64,000 nt of DNA from Candidatus Hydrogenedentota bacterium (GCA_034669905.1 JAXMOL010000024.1:42884-106883); one strand, 5' to 3'; shown: positions 40,956 to 51,485, numbered from the stretch's first letter. Program-made: numbers and translations. Notes: a model not told the origin generated them from the sequence alone.

Positions 40956-42224
40956 ATGACCGAAACACGCGCCGTCCGCCTCTATGGCAAGCATGACCTT
41001 CGTCTTGAAACCTTTGACTTGCCCGCACTTGGAGAGGACGAAATCCTCGCGACCGTTAAAACCAACAGCATCTGCATGTCGGATTACAAGATCTACCAGC
41101 AGGGCGGCGATCACAAGCGGGTTCCCAACGATGTAAGCGAAAAACCCATCATGCTGGGCCACGAGATGTGCGGCGAGATTGTCGAAGTTGGCGCGAAGCA
41201 CCGGGACAAAGTGAAAGTCGGGGCCAAGTACAGCCTTCAACCCGCGTTGAATATTCCGGGCCGCGAATTTGACGCCCCTGGCTATTCTTTCCCCTATCTC
41301 GGTGGTCATGCCACGAAAGTCATCATCCCCCGTGAAGTGATGGAGCGCGACTGTCTACTTTCTTATGAGGGCGAAGGCTATTTCCAGGCTTCCCTGGCCG
41401 AACCCGTTTCCTGCGTAGTGGGCGGCTTCAACGTGCAATACCACTTTGAGCACGGCTCCTACGAACACCAGATGGGCATCGACACAAACGGCAATATGGC
41501 CCTCCTTGGCGGCACGGGCCCCATGGGTCTCGGTGCTATCGACTTTGCCATCCACGGGCCAAACAAACCGAAGATTCTTATCGTGACCGACATCGACCAG
41601 ACGCGCCTCGACCGTGCGGCCTCCCTCTTTACGGTGGCGGATGCCAAGGCCAATGGCGTGGAGCTTCACTATCTGAACACGGGCGGCGAGAATCCCGTGC
41701 AGGATATGAAAGACGTTTCCGGCGGCAAGGGCTATGCCGATGTATTTGTCTTTGCACCCGTGGCTTCCCTGGTGGAACAGGCCAGCGCGATCATGGGCAA
41801 CAACGGCTGCCTCAATTTCTTCGCCGGCCCGACGAATACCGACTTCAAGGCCACCATCAATTTCTACGACGTCCACTACGCGGCTCACCACGTGGCGGCC
41901 AACAGTGGCGGCGATACGAATGATATGCGGATAGCGCTGAAATACATGAGCGAAGGTAAGTTGAAGCCCGCCGTGATGATTACCCACATCGGCGGCCTGA
42001 ATGCCTCCGCCGAGACGACGGCCAACCTGCCGAACATCCCCGGCGGCAAAAAGCTGATTTACACGAACACCAATCTGCCCCTCTTCGCGATTGCGGACTT
42101 ACCGACGCTTGGCAAGGACGACCCCTTCTACGCGAAGCTCGCGGAGATTTGCGCCAGCAATAATGGCCTGTGGTCCAACGAGGCCGAAGCCTATCTCATG
42201 GCCAACGCCCCCGCAATTGGATAG
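40956..42224 (+). CDS. Zinc-binding MDR dehydrogenase, L-sorbose-1-phosphate reductase (SorE)-like
   Basis: NSICMSD, GHE, SLAEPVSC, GGTGPMG and PGGKKLIY. Confidence 0.8.
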   Translation: MTETRAVRLYGKHDLRLETFDLPALGEDEILATVKTNSICMSDYKIYQQGGDHKRVPNDVSEKPIMLGHEMCGEIVEVGAKHRDKVKVGAKYSLQPALNIPGREFDAPGYSFPYLGGHATKVIIPREVMERDCLLSYEGEGYFQASLAEPVSCVVGGFNVQYHFEHGSYEHQMGIDTNGNMALLGGTGPMGLGAIDFAIHGPNKPKILIVTDIDQTRLDRAASLFTVADAKANGVELHYLNTGGENPVQDMKDVSGGKGYADVFVFAPVASLVEQASAIMGNNGCLNFFAGPTNTDFKATINFYDVHYAAHHVAANSGGDTNDMRIALKYMSEGKLKPAVMITHIGGLNASAETTANLPNIPGGKKLIYTNTNLPLFAIADLPTLGKDDPFYAKLAEICASNNGLWSNEAEAYLMANAPAIG

Positions 42225-42230
42225 AAATAC

Positions 42231-42312
42231 TCCCCTCCCTGGAGGGGCTGGGGGTGGGTTCTGACTCTACGAGAGACGCATTGACCCACCCCTGCCCCCT
42301 CCGAGGAGGGGA
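42231..42312. repeat. Inverted-repeat element (TCCCCTCC...GGAGGGGA family)
   Basis: TCCCCTCCCTGGAGGGGCTGGGGGTGGG ... CCCACCCCTGCCCCCTCCGAGGAGGGGA. Confidence 0.7.
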
Positions 42313-42394
42313 ATTAAATATCTAGTGGGCCTCACCGTCGTGCCTTCGAGTCTGCCAGTAATGTCTTGGCCTCTATACGCCTGAACGGCAAGGC

Positions 42395-42540
42395 TGGGAG
42401 CGCAGGCGGCCCGCCTGCTACGCACCAACGGTGCGTGTGGTTATAGAATTATAGATAGTCCCGAAGGACGATAGATTAACTGGGAATCCATCGTTACGCG
42501 TGCCTTTTGGCACGGTGCAGACGAGCCGTCTGCGCTCCCA
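42395..42540. repeat. REP-like doublet (TGGGAGCGCAGGCGGCCCGCCTGC family)
   Basis: Left arm identical to 54576-54599; right arm GCAGACGAGCCGTCTGCGCTCCCA. Confidence 0.75.
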
Positions 42541-42636
42541 ATTGTCTTCGCCTTTTTTGATGGATACCTCGTACTAAGCAAATCAAACGAGCGTTTTTCA
42601 CACCGATAATCCAAACCCATTTGGAGCCCTCACATA

Positions 42637-44685
42637 ATGTCCTCCCCCATCCCCTGGCCTGACTTTTCGACCCTGACCACCCCCATGGACCAACTCGTGG
42701 CCCTGTCTCAGTTTTACGGCACGGACCCGAGCTTCGTCATTGCGGGCGGTGGCAACACCTCCGTCAAGGAAGGCAACCGCCTCCAGGTCAAGGGCAGCGG
42801 CACCTCCCTCGGGGATATCGGTCCCGAAGGCTTTGTGGAAATGGATCGGGATGCCCTCGACGCCCTCCTCAACAGCACATTGAGCGACGACATCGACGAG
42901 CGGGAAGCCCAGTTTAAGGACGCCGTCATGGCGGCACGCATTTACCCCGAACGGGGCCAGCGCCCTTCCGTGGAATGCGTCCTCCACCACCTCATGCCCG
43001 GCACCTATGTGGTCCACACCCACTCGACCGTCGTCAATATGATCACCTGCGCGAAAGGCGGCCAATCCCTCACCGAAAAAATCTTTGGTGACCGCGTGCT
43101 CTGGCTCCCTTATGTGACACCGGGCTATGTGCTCTCCAAGGGCCTCGCCGACGCCATGGCCGAATACACCAAGACGACGGGCAAGGCCGAGCCGGAAGCC
43201 GTCTTCATGGGCAACCACGGCCTCATTATCAGCGGTGAGACGCCCGACGAGATCAAGACGAAGACCGACGCCATCCTCAGCGAAATCACCGCCTTCATGG
43301 GCGCCCCCTCCCCCACGCCTTTCGGAAAGATCTTCTCGCTGAAAGACGAACACCGCGTCGAGCTCGTGAACCGCATGGGCCCCATGCTCCGCGCCCTCCT
43401 CTCCGACGGCCCCAACCTCAAGGTCGTCACCTTTGACGATTCCGAAGCGGTCGCGGCCTTCGTCGGCGGACAGGACGGCAAAGAGACCGCGCTGGGCGGC
43501 CCCATGATTCCCGACCAGATTGTGTACTGCAAGTCCTTCCCCCTGTGGCTTGTGGGCGACCCCACGATGGATGAAGCCTCCCTCTGCGCCCACCTCGCCA
43601 AGTCGGTGGTAGACCACACCGAAAAGACGGGTTTTTCCCCCCTGGTGATTCTGGTCCAGGGCCTCGGCATGTTCACCGTGGGCGATACGCAAAAGGACGC
43701 CGCCACGGTCCGGGATATTTACATCGACGACATCAAGATCATGGCCGGTGCCCGCCAGATTAGCGGCATTGAATACATGACCAAAGTCGATCGCGACTTC
43801 ATTGAAAACTGGGAAGTGGAAAACTACCGTCGCAAGGTGGCCCAGGGCGCCCGCGCAAAGGGTTCGGTAGACGGGAAGATCGCACTGGTCACCGGTGCGG
43901 CCCAGGGCTTCGGCCTCGAAATCGCCAAGGGCCTCGCTGCTGAAGGGGCTCACGTGGTCCTGGCCGATATCAATGCCGAAGGTACCGTGAAAGCCGCCGA
44001 AAGCCTCGTCGCCGAATTTGGTATCGGACGGGCCACGGGCCTCGCCATGAACGTCACCGACAGCGCAAGCCTCGCCGAGGCCATGCACCAGGTCGTGCGC
44101 TTCTACGGGGGCCTCGACCTCTTCGTGGCCAACGCGGGTGTCGTGAAGGCAGGCAGCGTGAAGGAACAGCCCGAAGCCGATTTCGATTTCGTCACTAACG
44201 TGAATTACAAAGGCTACTTCCTCTGCGTGCAAAACGCCGCCCCCATCATGGGACGCCAACACCGCGCCAAGCCCACCTACCTCAGCGACATCGTCCAGAT
44301 TAACTCCAAGTCCGGCTTGGTTGGCTCCAACAAGAACGGCGCCTACGCCGGCAGCAAATTCGGCGGTATCGGGCTGACCCAATCCTTCGCCCTGGAATTG
44401 ATAGAAGACGGCATCAAGGTCAACAGCGTGTGCCCCGGCAACTTCTTCGACGGCCCCTTGTGGTCCGACCCGGAGAAGGGCTTGTTCGTCCAGTACCTCC
44501 ACTCCGGCAAAGTGCCCGGCGCGAAGACCGTGGAAGAGGTCAAGCACTTCTACGAAGCGAAGGTCCCCATGGGCCGCGGCTGCACCGGCCCGGACGTATT
44601 ACGGGCGATTGTGTACCTGACCCAGCAACAATACGAGACCGGCCAGGCCCTGCCGGTCACCGGTGGACAAACGATGTTGGCGTAA
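42637..44685 (+). CDS. Class II aldolase/adducin - SDR fusion; SDR half resembles sorbitol-6-phosphate dehydrogenase (SrlD)
   Basis: GGGNTS, RPSVE...H, HTH and NHG in the aldolase half; TGAAQGFG and QINSKSGLVGSNKNGAYAGSKFGGIGLTQS in the SDR half. Confidence 0.85.
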   Translation: MSSPIPWPDFSTLTTPMDQLVALSQFYGTDPSFVIAGGGNTSVKEGNRLQVKGSGTSLGDIGPEGFVEMDRDALDALLNSTLSDDIDEREAQFKDAVMAARIYPERGQRPSVECVLHHLMPGTYVVHTHSTVVNMITCAKGGQSLTEKIFGDRVLWLPYVTPGYVLSKGLADAMAEYTKTTGKAEPEAVFMGNHGLIISGETPDEIKTKTDAILSEITAFMGAPSPTPFGKIFSLKDEHRVELVNRMGPMLRALLSDGPNLKVVTFDDSEAVAAFVGGQDGKETALGGPMIPDQIVYCKSFPLWLVGDPTMDEASLCAHLAKSVVDHTEKTGFSPLVILVQGLGMFTVGDTQKDAATVRDIYIDDIKIMAGARQISGIEYMTKVDRDFIENWEVENYRRKVAQGARAKGSVDGKIALVTGAAQGFGLEIAKGLAAEGAHVVLADINAEGTVKAAESLVAEFGIGRATGLAMNVTDSASLAEAMHQVVRFYGGLDLFVANAGVVKAGSVKEQPEADFDFVTNVNYKGYFLCVQNAAPIMGRQHRAKPTYLSDIVQINSKSGLVGSNKNGAYAGSKFGGIGLTQSFALELIEDGIKVNSVCPGNFFDGPLWSDPEKGLFVQYLHSGKVPGAKTVEEVKHFYEAKVPMGRGCTGPDVLRAIVYLTQQQYETGQALPVTGGQTMLA

Positions 44686-44700
44686 ACATCGGAATGAGAT

Positions 44701-44755
44701 AACCACAAAGAACGCAAAGAGCGCAGAGATTTATGGTCTCTGCGCTCTTTTTTTT
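44701..44755 (+). terminator. Rho-independent terminator formed by a 9-mer-period repeat
   Basis: AAAGAGCGCAGAGA-TTTATGG-TCTCTGCGCTCTTT followed by a T-run. Confidence 0.8.
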
Positions 44756-44906
44756 GCCTCTAAAGTTAACGGCGGGCTATTTATAAGAATTGATTAATAC
44801 CTTTTGGAGAGCATGAGTTTGACTGCTACGTAGTTTCTATGAATACTTATCGTTTGCCATACAATCCTACAGACACTGACTATTATATATTACCGTTCTA
44901 GCACGT

Positions 44907-45830
44907 ATGATGGGGAAACACTTAATGGGCTATCAAGAAAATACAGACAATTACAAGCCAGAAATAATATATCTCCGATTCGGAAAAAACTCACATGACC
45001 TAGACGCCCAGACGCTTGCAATTACGTTGGTGGAGACTCTAAATACCATCGAGCAAATCGGGCATTCGCAAATGAACTACTTTCGAGTATCGATGAATGT
45101 CAGACCATTTGAGCGTGGTAGTTTTGAGATTCCGATTGAGCTGCACCCATTAATCGTGGGCACGCTGTTTCACTCAAAAGAGTTTCTTCCCGTAATTAAG
45201 CAGTCCATTGATATTCTGGTAGCGTATCTTAATCTTAAGAAGATACTCAAGGGCAAAACCCCGTCAAATATTAAACAGAATGGCGACACAATCTCAGTAG
45301 TAGCGTCTGATGGGGCTACGGTAAACGTTACCCATCAAACCTACAACCTTGTTCAAAACAATGCACCTGTAAATGCTAGTACTGAAAGACAGTTTCAGCA
45401 GCTGGAACAGGATGAGACTGTGGAGAGCTTTGAAATAATGGATGAGAATCGCACTCCACTATTCAAATCATCCAAGGCTGAGTTCCCTCAAATTAAGCGC
45501 ATCAACCCAAGCGTTCAGAAAGAGTCGCTTTCCGAGTCTAGGACTATTGAATTGTGTATTCAAAGACCGGTATTAGAAAGAAAGCATTCTAGCTGGGGCT
45601 TTCTACATGATGGCGAAAAAATGAACGCACAAATGAAGGACGACGACTTTCTTTCTCGGATTGAGGATGGCGAAAAGTTCGCAATGGGTGACAGACTCCA
45701 AGTAGAGTTGGAGACTACGAAAATATTCGACGCTTCGCTCCAAGTCCACAAGGTCAAGTCTCGTAGCATTACGAAGGTCTATCGACATACGCCTAGACCT
45801 GCACAAAGTGAGCTAGATTTTACTTCGTAA
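44907..45830 (+). CDS. Low-GC hypothetical protein
   Basis: 307-aa ORF in AT-rich DNA, with FERGSFEI and a beta-rich C-terminus (WGF...DDDFL...FAMGDRL). Confidence 0.7.
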   Translation: MMGKHLMGYQENTDNYKPEIIYLRFGKNSHDLDAQTLAITLVETLNTIEQIGHSQMNYFRVSMNVRPFERGSFEIPIELHPLIVGTLFHSKEFLPVIKQSIDILVAYLNLKKILKGKTPSNIKQNGDTISVVASDGATVNVTHQTYNLVQNNAPVNASTERQFQQLEQDETVESFEIMDENRTPLFKSSKAEFPQIKRINPSVQKESLSESRTIELCIQRPVLERKHSSWGFLHDGEKMNAQMKDDDFLSRIEDGEKFAMGDRLQVELETTKIFDASLQVHKVKSRSITKVYRHTPRPAQSELDFTS

Positions 45831-46047
45831 TGCTAGATTTGTAGCATTCCACATGTTGTGCTTTGAGTGAACGTGTCAAGCCCCCGCATTTTTCTATTGA
45901 GATGCCGTAAAGTAAGGGCTCACAAGTTTCGCACTCGGACGTACTACCTACCATTGTATGTCAGGCGCAGCAGCAATATGAAGAGGGCCAGGCCCAGTCG
46001 GTGCCCCGTAACCAGATCATGCTGACGTAATGTCCTGCCCCGCTAGC

Positions 46048-46884
46048 CTATGACGCTTTTTCCCAAATATATAGTCGAGTTTCGTTGTTTGCTGTCTCCG
46101 TCACCCAAATTTCATCTTCTTCTAGTACTCTGACTACAATAAGTTCTACAAACAATTCAAGAAACGCGTTGCGAATAAATCTAATTTCTTCTGTGAGAGC
46201 ATTTTCATCTACGCTTCTAGGCGTGGAAATTACGAAATGCCCTCCCTGTAACTGCCTCGCGCATTGACAAGGAAATATAAATCGAACTACGGCGGTCGTT
46301 TCATCGACGATGTATCGTCGGTCGATTGCCTCAGTCCGGGTCAACAAGTCTTCTGCTCGAAAGCGCCCCGATACGTGTGATATGGAGTATCCCCAAAAGA
46401 GCTGGGCTACCATGGCGAAGGCCCTCTCAAGGTGCTCTTCTCTCGTTTCTCCTGCTTCCTGAGGCACAATTTTATCTAATATAGACGGGGCTACATTTTC
46501 TATTCGAAGCCTCAGAGTATCTTTGTAGAAAAGCCCGTCCAACGTTCGACGGAGCTTGTCTTCATTCGACAGCGGCAACAGGAATTCGTAAGTCACCAGT
46601 TTCTCGTAAGAAACGCGTTTGTAGGTTGCGAGTCCAGCTTCTTTCTGCGAAATGAGTTTCTCAAGTTCCTCAACGGACATTTCGAGAAATTCACGTCTGA
46701 CGCGATAGACCCCGCGTTTTGGCTTTTCGACCAGTGTCCTCAGTTGTTTGCCCAAATACGTGCTAGGGGTCGTTCCCTGCCAATGTGTCATGGCGTCATT
46801 AAAATCTGTTTTACTAAATGTCGATTCATTTTTCGCCGATTTTTTCATAAAATCGTACAATTCGCGAACTTTGGCATTGTGCAT
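46048..46884 (-). CDS. Low-GC hypothetical protein
   Basis: 278-aa ORF in AT-rich DNA; ATG after GAGGG; possible wHTH-like N-terminus. Confidence 0.7.
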   Translation of the reverse strand: MHNAKVRELYDFMKKSAKNESTFSKTDFNDAMTHWQGTTPSTYLGKQLRTLVEKPKRGVYRVRREFLEMSVEELEKLISQKEAGLATYKRVSYEKLVTYEFLLPLSNEDKLRRTLDGLFYKDTLRLRIENVAPSILDKIVPQEAGETREEHLERAFAMVAQLFWGYSISHVSGRFRAEDLLTRTEAIDRRYIVDETTAVVRFIFPCQCARQLQGGHFVISTPRSVDENALTEEIRFIRNAFLELFVELIVVRVLEEDEIWVTETANNETRLYIWEKAS

Positions 46885-47132
46885 TCTGTTGTGCCCTCTA
46901 AAGTTATAGAGACATTATAACTTAGTGCTCATTACAGACCAAAACCCTACTATAACATATACTTTATTCTTTAGTCCCTATGGAACATCATATCATAGCC
47001 CAGCCGGGAGCGAAGCGGTCTCTGGGAACACCACACCAAAACAGTCATGAAGGCTGAGGGGTGGCACATACTCCTCCCATCACTCAAACACCATTCCTCA
47101 GAAATAGGCTATGCCACCTCTTCGGGGCATAT

Positions 47133-47185
47133 GCAAAGAGCGCAAAGGCACGAAATATTCTGTGCTCTCTGCGCTCTTTGTGGTT
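47133..47185. repeat. 9-mer-period repeat, inverted partner of 44701-44729
   Basis: CTCTCTGCGCTCTTTGTGGTT is the reverse complement of AACCACAAAGAGCGCAGAGAG. Confidence 0.7.
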
Positions 47186-47269
47186 CAAGACCCACTGAAT
47201 CCGTCGTCGGCATTAACTGCTTCGCGTGTGTTCACCGGGCATTCGATGTCGCCTCGAAACCTCGCTCCT

Positions 47270-50200
47270 TCACCCCTCCCCACAAATGGTATACGTACCC
47301 GAACCAAGTACAAAAAATTTAAATTCTTGCCCTCCGACATGGTCGCTCAACGGCTCGCCATCGACAGTCACGTCACGCGAGAACCCATCGGGCAAGCGCA
47401 CCACCGCCGTCGTGTTTACCGGAATCTCGACCTCCAGCGTGAATCTGTCGCCGTCAATCTTCCAATCGGAACGAATCAACCCATGAATCGAATCATAGCT
47501 GGTCTTCGCATGGGTCAGCCCACCGCCGGGCTCGGGCGATACTTCAAAGCGCTTAAACCCGGGATCGAGAGGTGCAATGCCGCCGATGGTGCTGTAGAGC
47601 CATTCGCCCACGGCCCCAAAGGCGTAATGATTAAAGGAGTTCATGCCGGGGTCCTGGAACCCGTTTTCCGGGGTCCAGCCATCCCACCGCTCCCACATGG
47701 TCGTGGCGCCCTGGGTCACCTGGAAAAGCCAGGACGGATAGTCGGTGTTCATGAGGAGCTGGTAGGCCAAATCAATTTTTCCCGCTTCCGCCAATCCCGG
47801 CAGGAGTCGTGGCGTGCCGATGAAGCCTGTCGCCAGATGGTTATCGAAGCGGGCAATTTCTTCGGCGAATTGTTCCGCAGCGTTGGCTTTCAGCGTCTCC
47901 GGAATCAGGTCCATCGTAAAGGCCAGGGCATAACCCGTCTGGCTGCTCTCGAGGATTTTTCCCGTGTCGTTGATGAAGTTTTTGGCGAAGGCCGCCTTGA
48001 CTTCTTCTTCCAACGCCTCATAGTGAGCAGCCTTTTCGGTCTCGCCGATAGCCGTCGCCATCTCTTCCATCAACCCGGCGAGGTAGGCGAAGTAGGCTGT
48101 GCAAATCACTTCGTCTTTCGCACCACCGCCCTTGTTGAGCCAGTCGCCATAGCCCATTTTCGAGCGGATGCCGTCTTCGCTGGTGGACTCTAGGAATTCC
48201 ATGCCACGCACGAGGTTGGGGAAGTGCTGACGGATGATACCCGTGTCGCCATAGTAACGATAGAGTTGGTAGGTGCAAATCATGGCGGCATCACCCCAGG
48301 CTACCGCACCACCGCCCAAGGCCACATGGGGAGCCACGTCGGCAAAGGACCCATTCTCCAACTGGGAGTCCTGAATCAGATCCACAAGCCACTTGGTGAA
48401 AAAGGCGCCACAGTCCATGTTATAAAGCGCCGTGGGCATAAAGAATTGCGCGTCACCCGTCCACCCCATCCGCTCATCGCGCTGGGGACAATCGGTGGGG
48501 ATTTCCAGGTAGTTGCCCTTCTGTCCCCAGACGATGTTGTGGAAGAGCTGGTTCAGCAGCGGCTCGGAACATTCGAAGTGCCCTGCGGGCTCGATGACCG
48601 ACTGGAGCACCACGCCCACCACGTCTTCCGGTGCGGGCGGATTCTTAATGCCGCTGATTTCTACATACTGAAATCCATGAAAGGTAAAGTGGGGCGCCCA
48701 GGTCAGCGGGCCGTCCTCCGCGAGTGTCACCGTGTCGATACACCGGGCCTTGCGCAGGTTGGTGGTGTACAGGGAGCCATCGGCATCGAGACGCTCACCA
48801 AAACGCAGCTGCACGCGCTCGCCCGCGGTGCCATCCAGGGTGACCCGTGCCCAACCGGCAAAGTTTTGACCGAGGTCGTAGATATACACGCCGGGCTCCG
48901 ATTCCGTGCGGGACACGGCGGGCAATTCCTCGTGGGGCGTCACCGGTGTGCCGGGGTGGGCTTGCACCGGCGCGGTGTTCGTCGTGCCTGTGGCGACAGG
49001 ATGCCACCCACTATCGTCGAAGCCAGCGTTTAGCCAACCGTTGGTCGCTTTTCGCAGATCGTGGGTTTCGCCCATGAGCATGTCCGCTTCCCGGATGTGC
49101 CCATAGCTGGCCCGCCAATCGTCGCCTGTGCTCACAGTCTCCACACGGCCATCGGCGTATTCGATTTCCAATTGGGCGCGAAATCGGGGCGCGTCGCCAT
49201 AGTGGTCCCGGGCACTCTTCACGTTGAGCTGGGGAAGGAAGCCAAGATAGCCTGCAAACCACCCGTCACCCAACAAGGCGCCAAAGACATTTTCGCCGTC
49301 TTCCTTGACCAAGTCGCTGACATCGTAGGTCTGGTAATAGACCCGCTTGTTGTAATCCGTAAAGCCCGGCGCAAAGACAAAGTCGCCCACGCGCTCGCCG
49401 TTGAGGTACGCCTCATAATTCCCCAGGGCCGTGGCATAGAGGGTAGCCCGCACGATGTCCGAATCGGTCTCAAAGGCCGTGCGCAATTGGGGCGGTGGCG
49501 GCAAGAGGGTCGGTGCCGGCAGCTTGGGCGCTGGCCACGGGGGCGTACCCGCTGGACCGATGGCGTGGGAAGCCGACCAGGCACCATCGTCAAATGTTGA
49601 GGCCATCCAATCGTCCGCGAGCGCGTCGCGAAAGCTCTTCCATGACGGGCCACTTTCTACCACCAAATCGCTTCCGTCGACGTAGTCCACCACCAGGCGG
49701 GCAATGAGCCCTGCGGGGTTCGCCGCGTCTCCCTGGTTATCCGCGAGAATCGCCAGGGTATGCTCACCGGCCCCAAGCACCCGCATCAGGTCAATGCGCA
49801 TGACCTGATTGAAGTCGGTCACCGTGCCTTCCAGCTCCACCCCATCCAGATAGGGCCGTGCCCAGTTATCCGCCGTGAGGTAAAGGGCCGATGCCTTAAT
49901 CGCCCGGCCTTCTTCCACCGTGAAGGTGGTCCTGAACGCCACCTTCCCCACCGGTGCCGAGGCCGCCGGATTCCCCTCGGGAAACCAGATCCACTGGGCC
50001 TTGCCCATGTCGAGGGCGGGCGAATCCACCGCCTCGTCGCCCGTGGGCGCATCGTAGCCAATCCATTCCGCCTGCCAGTCGTCGGGCGACAGGAATCCCA
50101 TGGTCCAATGAGAAGGGGCACTCCAGCCGGAAGGTTGATCTTCGCCGTCCCACACCTGCACCTTCCAATAGCACCGGTCCCGGGAACCCAGGGGTGTGCC

Positions 50201-50506
50201 TCCATATTCGATGAAGGCCGTGGCATCGGAGTTCACCTTACCCGAATCCCACCGGTCTCCCCGATCTTCCTTCAGCAGGTCTTCCGAAGACGCCACGAGG
50301 ACGCGGTACGCCGATTGGACCTGACCCCGCGCCTCGGAAGTCAATTGCCAACTTAACCGGGGCGTAGTCGTCTCTATGCCCAGGGGGGCGTCCTTATATT
50401 CCACCCGTAGATCGCTGACCACAACCGACGCCAGACTGTTCATCGAAATCAACACCCCTATCAGTGAGAGTAGACCTGCTCGAATCAACATTATCGTATT
50501 CCTCAT
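47270..50506 (-). CDS. Alpha-L-rhamnosidase, GH78, secreted
   Basis: PTDCPQRDERMGWTGD, DLGQNFAG, TFHGFQY, GATTMWERW and MNSFNHYAFG; ATG at 50506. Confidence 0.92.
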   Translation of the reverse strand: MRNTIMLIRAGLLSLIGVLISMNSLASVVVSDLRVEYKDAPLGIETTTPRLSWQLTSEARGQVQSAYRVLVASSEDLLKEDRGDRWDSGKVNSDATAFIEYGGTPLGSRDRCYWKVQVWDGEDQPSGWSAPSHWTMGFLSPDDWQAEWIGYDAPTGDEAVDSPALDMGKAQWIWFPEGNPAASAPVGKVAFRTTFTVEEGRAIKASALYLTADNWARPYLDGVELEGTVTDFNQVMRIDLMRVLGAGEHTLAILADNQGDAANPAGLIARLVVDYVDGSDLVVESGPSWKSFRDALADDWMASTFDDGAWSASHAIGPAGTPPWPAPKLPAPTLLPPPPQLRTAFETDSDIVRATLYATALGNYEAYLNGERVGDFVFAPGFTDYNKRVYYQTYDVSDLVKEDGENVFGALLGDGWFAGYLGFLPQLNVKSARDHYGDAPRFRAQLEIEYADGRVETVSTGDDWRASYGHIREADMLMGETHDLRKATNGWLNAGFDDSGWHPVATGTTNTAPVQAHPGTPVTPHEELPAVSRTESEPGVYIYDLGQNFAGWARVTLDGTAGERVQLRFGERLDADGSLYTTNLRKARCIDTVTLAEDGPLTWAPHFTFHGFQYVEISGIKNPPAPEDVVGVVLQSVIEPAGHFECSEPLLNQLFHNIVWGQKGNYLEIPTDCPQRDERMGWTGDAQFFMPTALYNMDCGAFFTKWLVDLIQDSQLENGSFADVAPHVALGGGAVAWGDAAMICTYQLYRYYGDTGIIRQHFPNLVRGMEFLESTSEDGIRSKMGYGDWLNKGGGAKDEVICTAYFAYLAGLMEEMATAIGETEKAAHYEALEEEVKAAFAKNFINDTGKILESSQTGYALAFTMDLIPETLKANAAEQFAEEIARFDNHLATGFIGTPRLLPGLAEAGKIDLAYQLLMNTDYPSWLFQVTQGATTMWERWDGWTPENGFQDPGMNSFNHYAFGAVGEWLYSTIGGIAPLDPGFKRFEVSPEPGGGLTHAKTSYDSIHGLIRSDWKIDGDRFTLEVEIPVNTTAVVRLPDGFSRDVTVDGEPLSDHVGGQEFKFFVLGSGTYTICGEG

Positions 50507-50558
50507 TCTCGTGTACCCCCCCGGCGCACCCGCCGGATATAGCCCATCAACCTGCACC

Positions 50559-51485
50559 TTAAAGACGCACCAGCTTCGTAATTTTTCCCGTCTCATTGGA
50601 CAACCATTCGGCCACGTAGATATTCCCCTTCGCGTCCACATGCAGATCGTGGGGAGAAGAAAAGGCTCCCTCGACCCAGTCGGACTCCGGCAGATTGGGC
50701 CACCCATCCTTTTTCCAGCAGTCGGGTCGGTCGCCCAGGTGGCTAATCAGCGTGTCGTCTTTGTCGAAGATGCTGATGCGGGAGTGCAGATCGGGCACGT
50801 AGTTTTCCTCGCCCCAGGGATTCACCGTGCAGGGGAAGCGCAATTCCTCCGTGACTTCCGAGATACAGGCCCCGGCCAGCGTGAAGTATTGAAGCCGCAC
50901 GTTCACCCGGTCGGCCACCAGGAGGCGTTCTTCGCCACTTCGGGTATCTATCTTGAGGCCATGGGGACACTGCAGCTGCCCCGGTGCACTACCCGGACCG
51001 CCGAAGGAGTCGAGGTACTCACCCGCCGGGCTGTAGCGATGAATCCAGCTCTGACCATAGCCATCGGCGATGTAGATATCCCCATTGGACGCCACGGCCG
51101 TTTCTGTGGGCACGAACTTCCGTTCCTCATCATAAATATCGCTGCGGGGTGGCGTTGAAATCCGCAGGACTTCTTCCCCGGTCAACGTGGTCTTCACCAC
51201 CACGCCGGCTGACGTCGCCGCGCAATAGAGGAATTCCTCGCCGCCCTCTTCATTCAGTATCATGCCGTGGGCGCCCCCATGCCAGTCCGCACCCCAGGAT
51301 TCCAGCACCGTACCATCGGGATCACACACCACCACGCACTTCGGCCCCGTGTGATGGACGAATATACGCCCTTGCTTATCTTCCACGATGGCGTGGGTCG
51401 TGCCAACGACGAGGTCCGCAGGGAATTTTCCCCACTGATCAACGACGGTATAGCGATGGGTTCCTGAGCCGATTTCCATGAACAT
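50559..51485 (-). CDS. NHL-repeat beta-propeller protein
   Basis: DIYIADGYG, PHGL, VADRVN and PHDLHVDAKGNIYVAEW. Confidence 0.8.
   Translation of the reverse strand: MFMEIGSGTHRYTVVDQWGKFPADLVVGTTHAIVEDKQGRIFVHHTGPKCVVVCDPDGTVLESWGADWHGGAHGMILNEEGGEEFLYCAATSAGVVVKTTLTGEEVLRISTPPRSDIYDEERKFVPTETAVASNGDIYIADGYGQSWIHRYSPAGEYLDSFGGPGSAPGQLQCPHGLKIDTRSGEERLLVADRVNVRLQYFTLAGACISEVTEELRFPCTVNPWGEENYVPDLHSRISIFDKDDTLISHLGDRPDCWKKDGWPNLPESDWVEGAFSSPHDLHVDAKGNIYVAEWLSNETGKITKLVRL

Noticed and set aside
30885..47185. CRISPR array among the short repeats
   Set aside because: No constant 25-45 bp repeats with unique spacers, and no cas genes.
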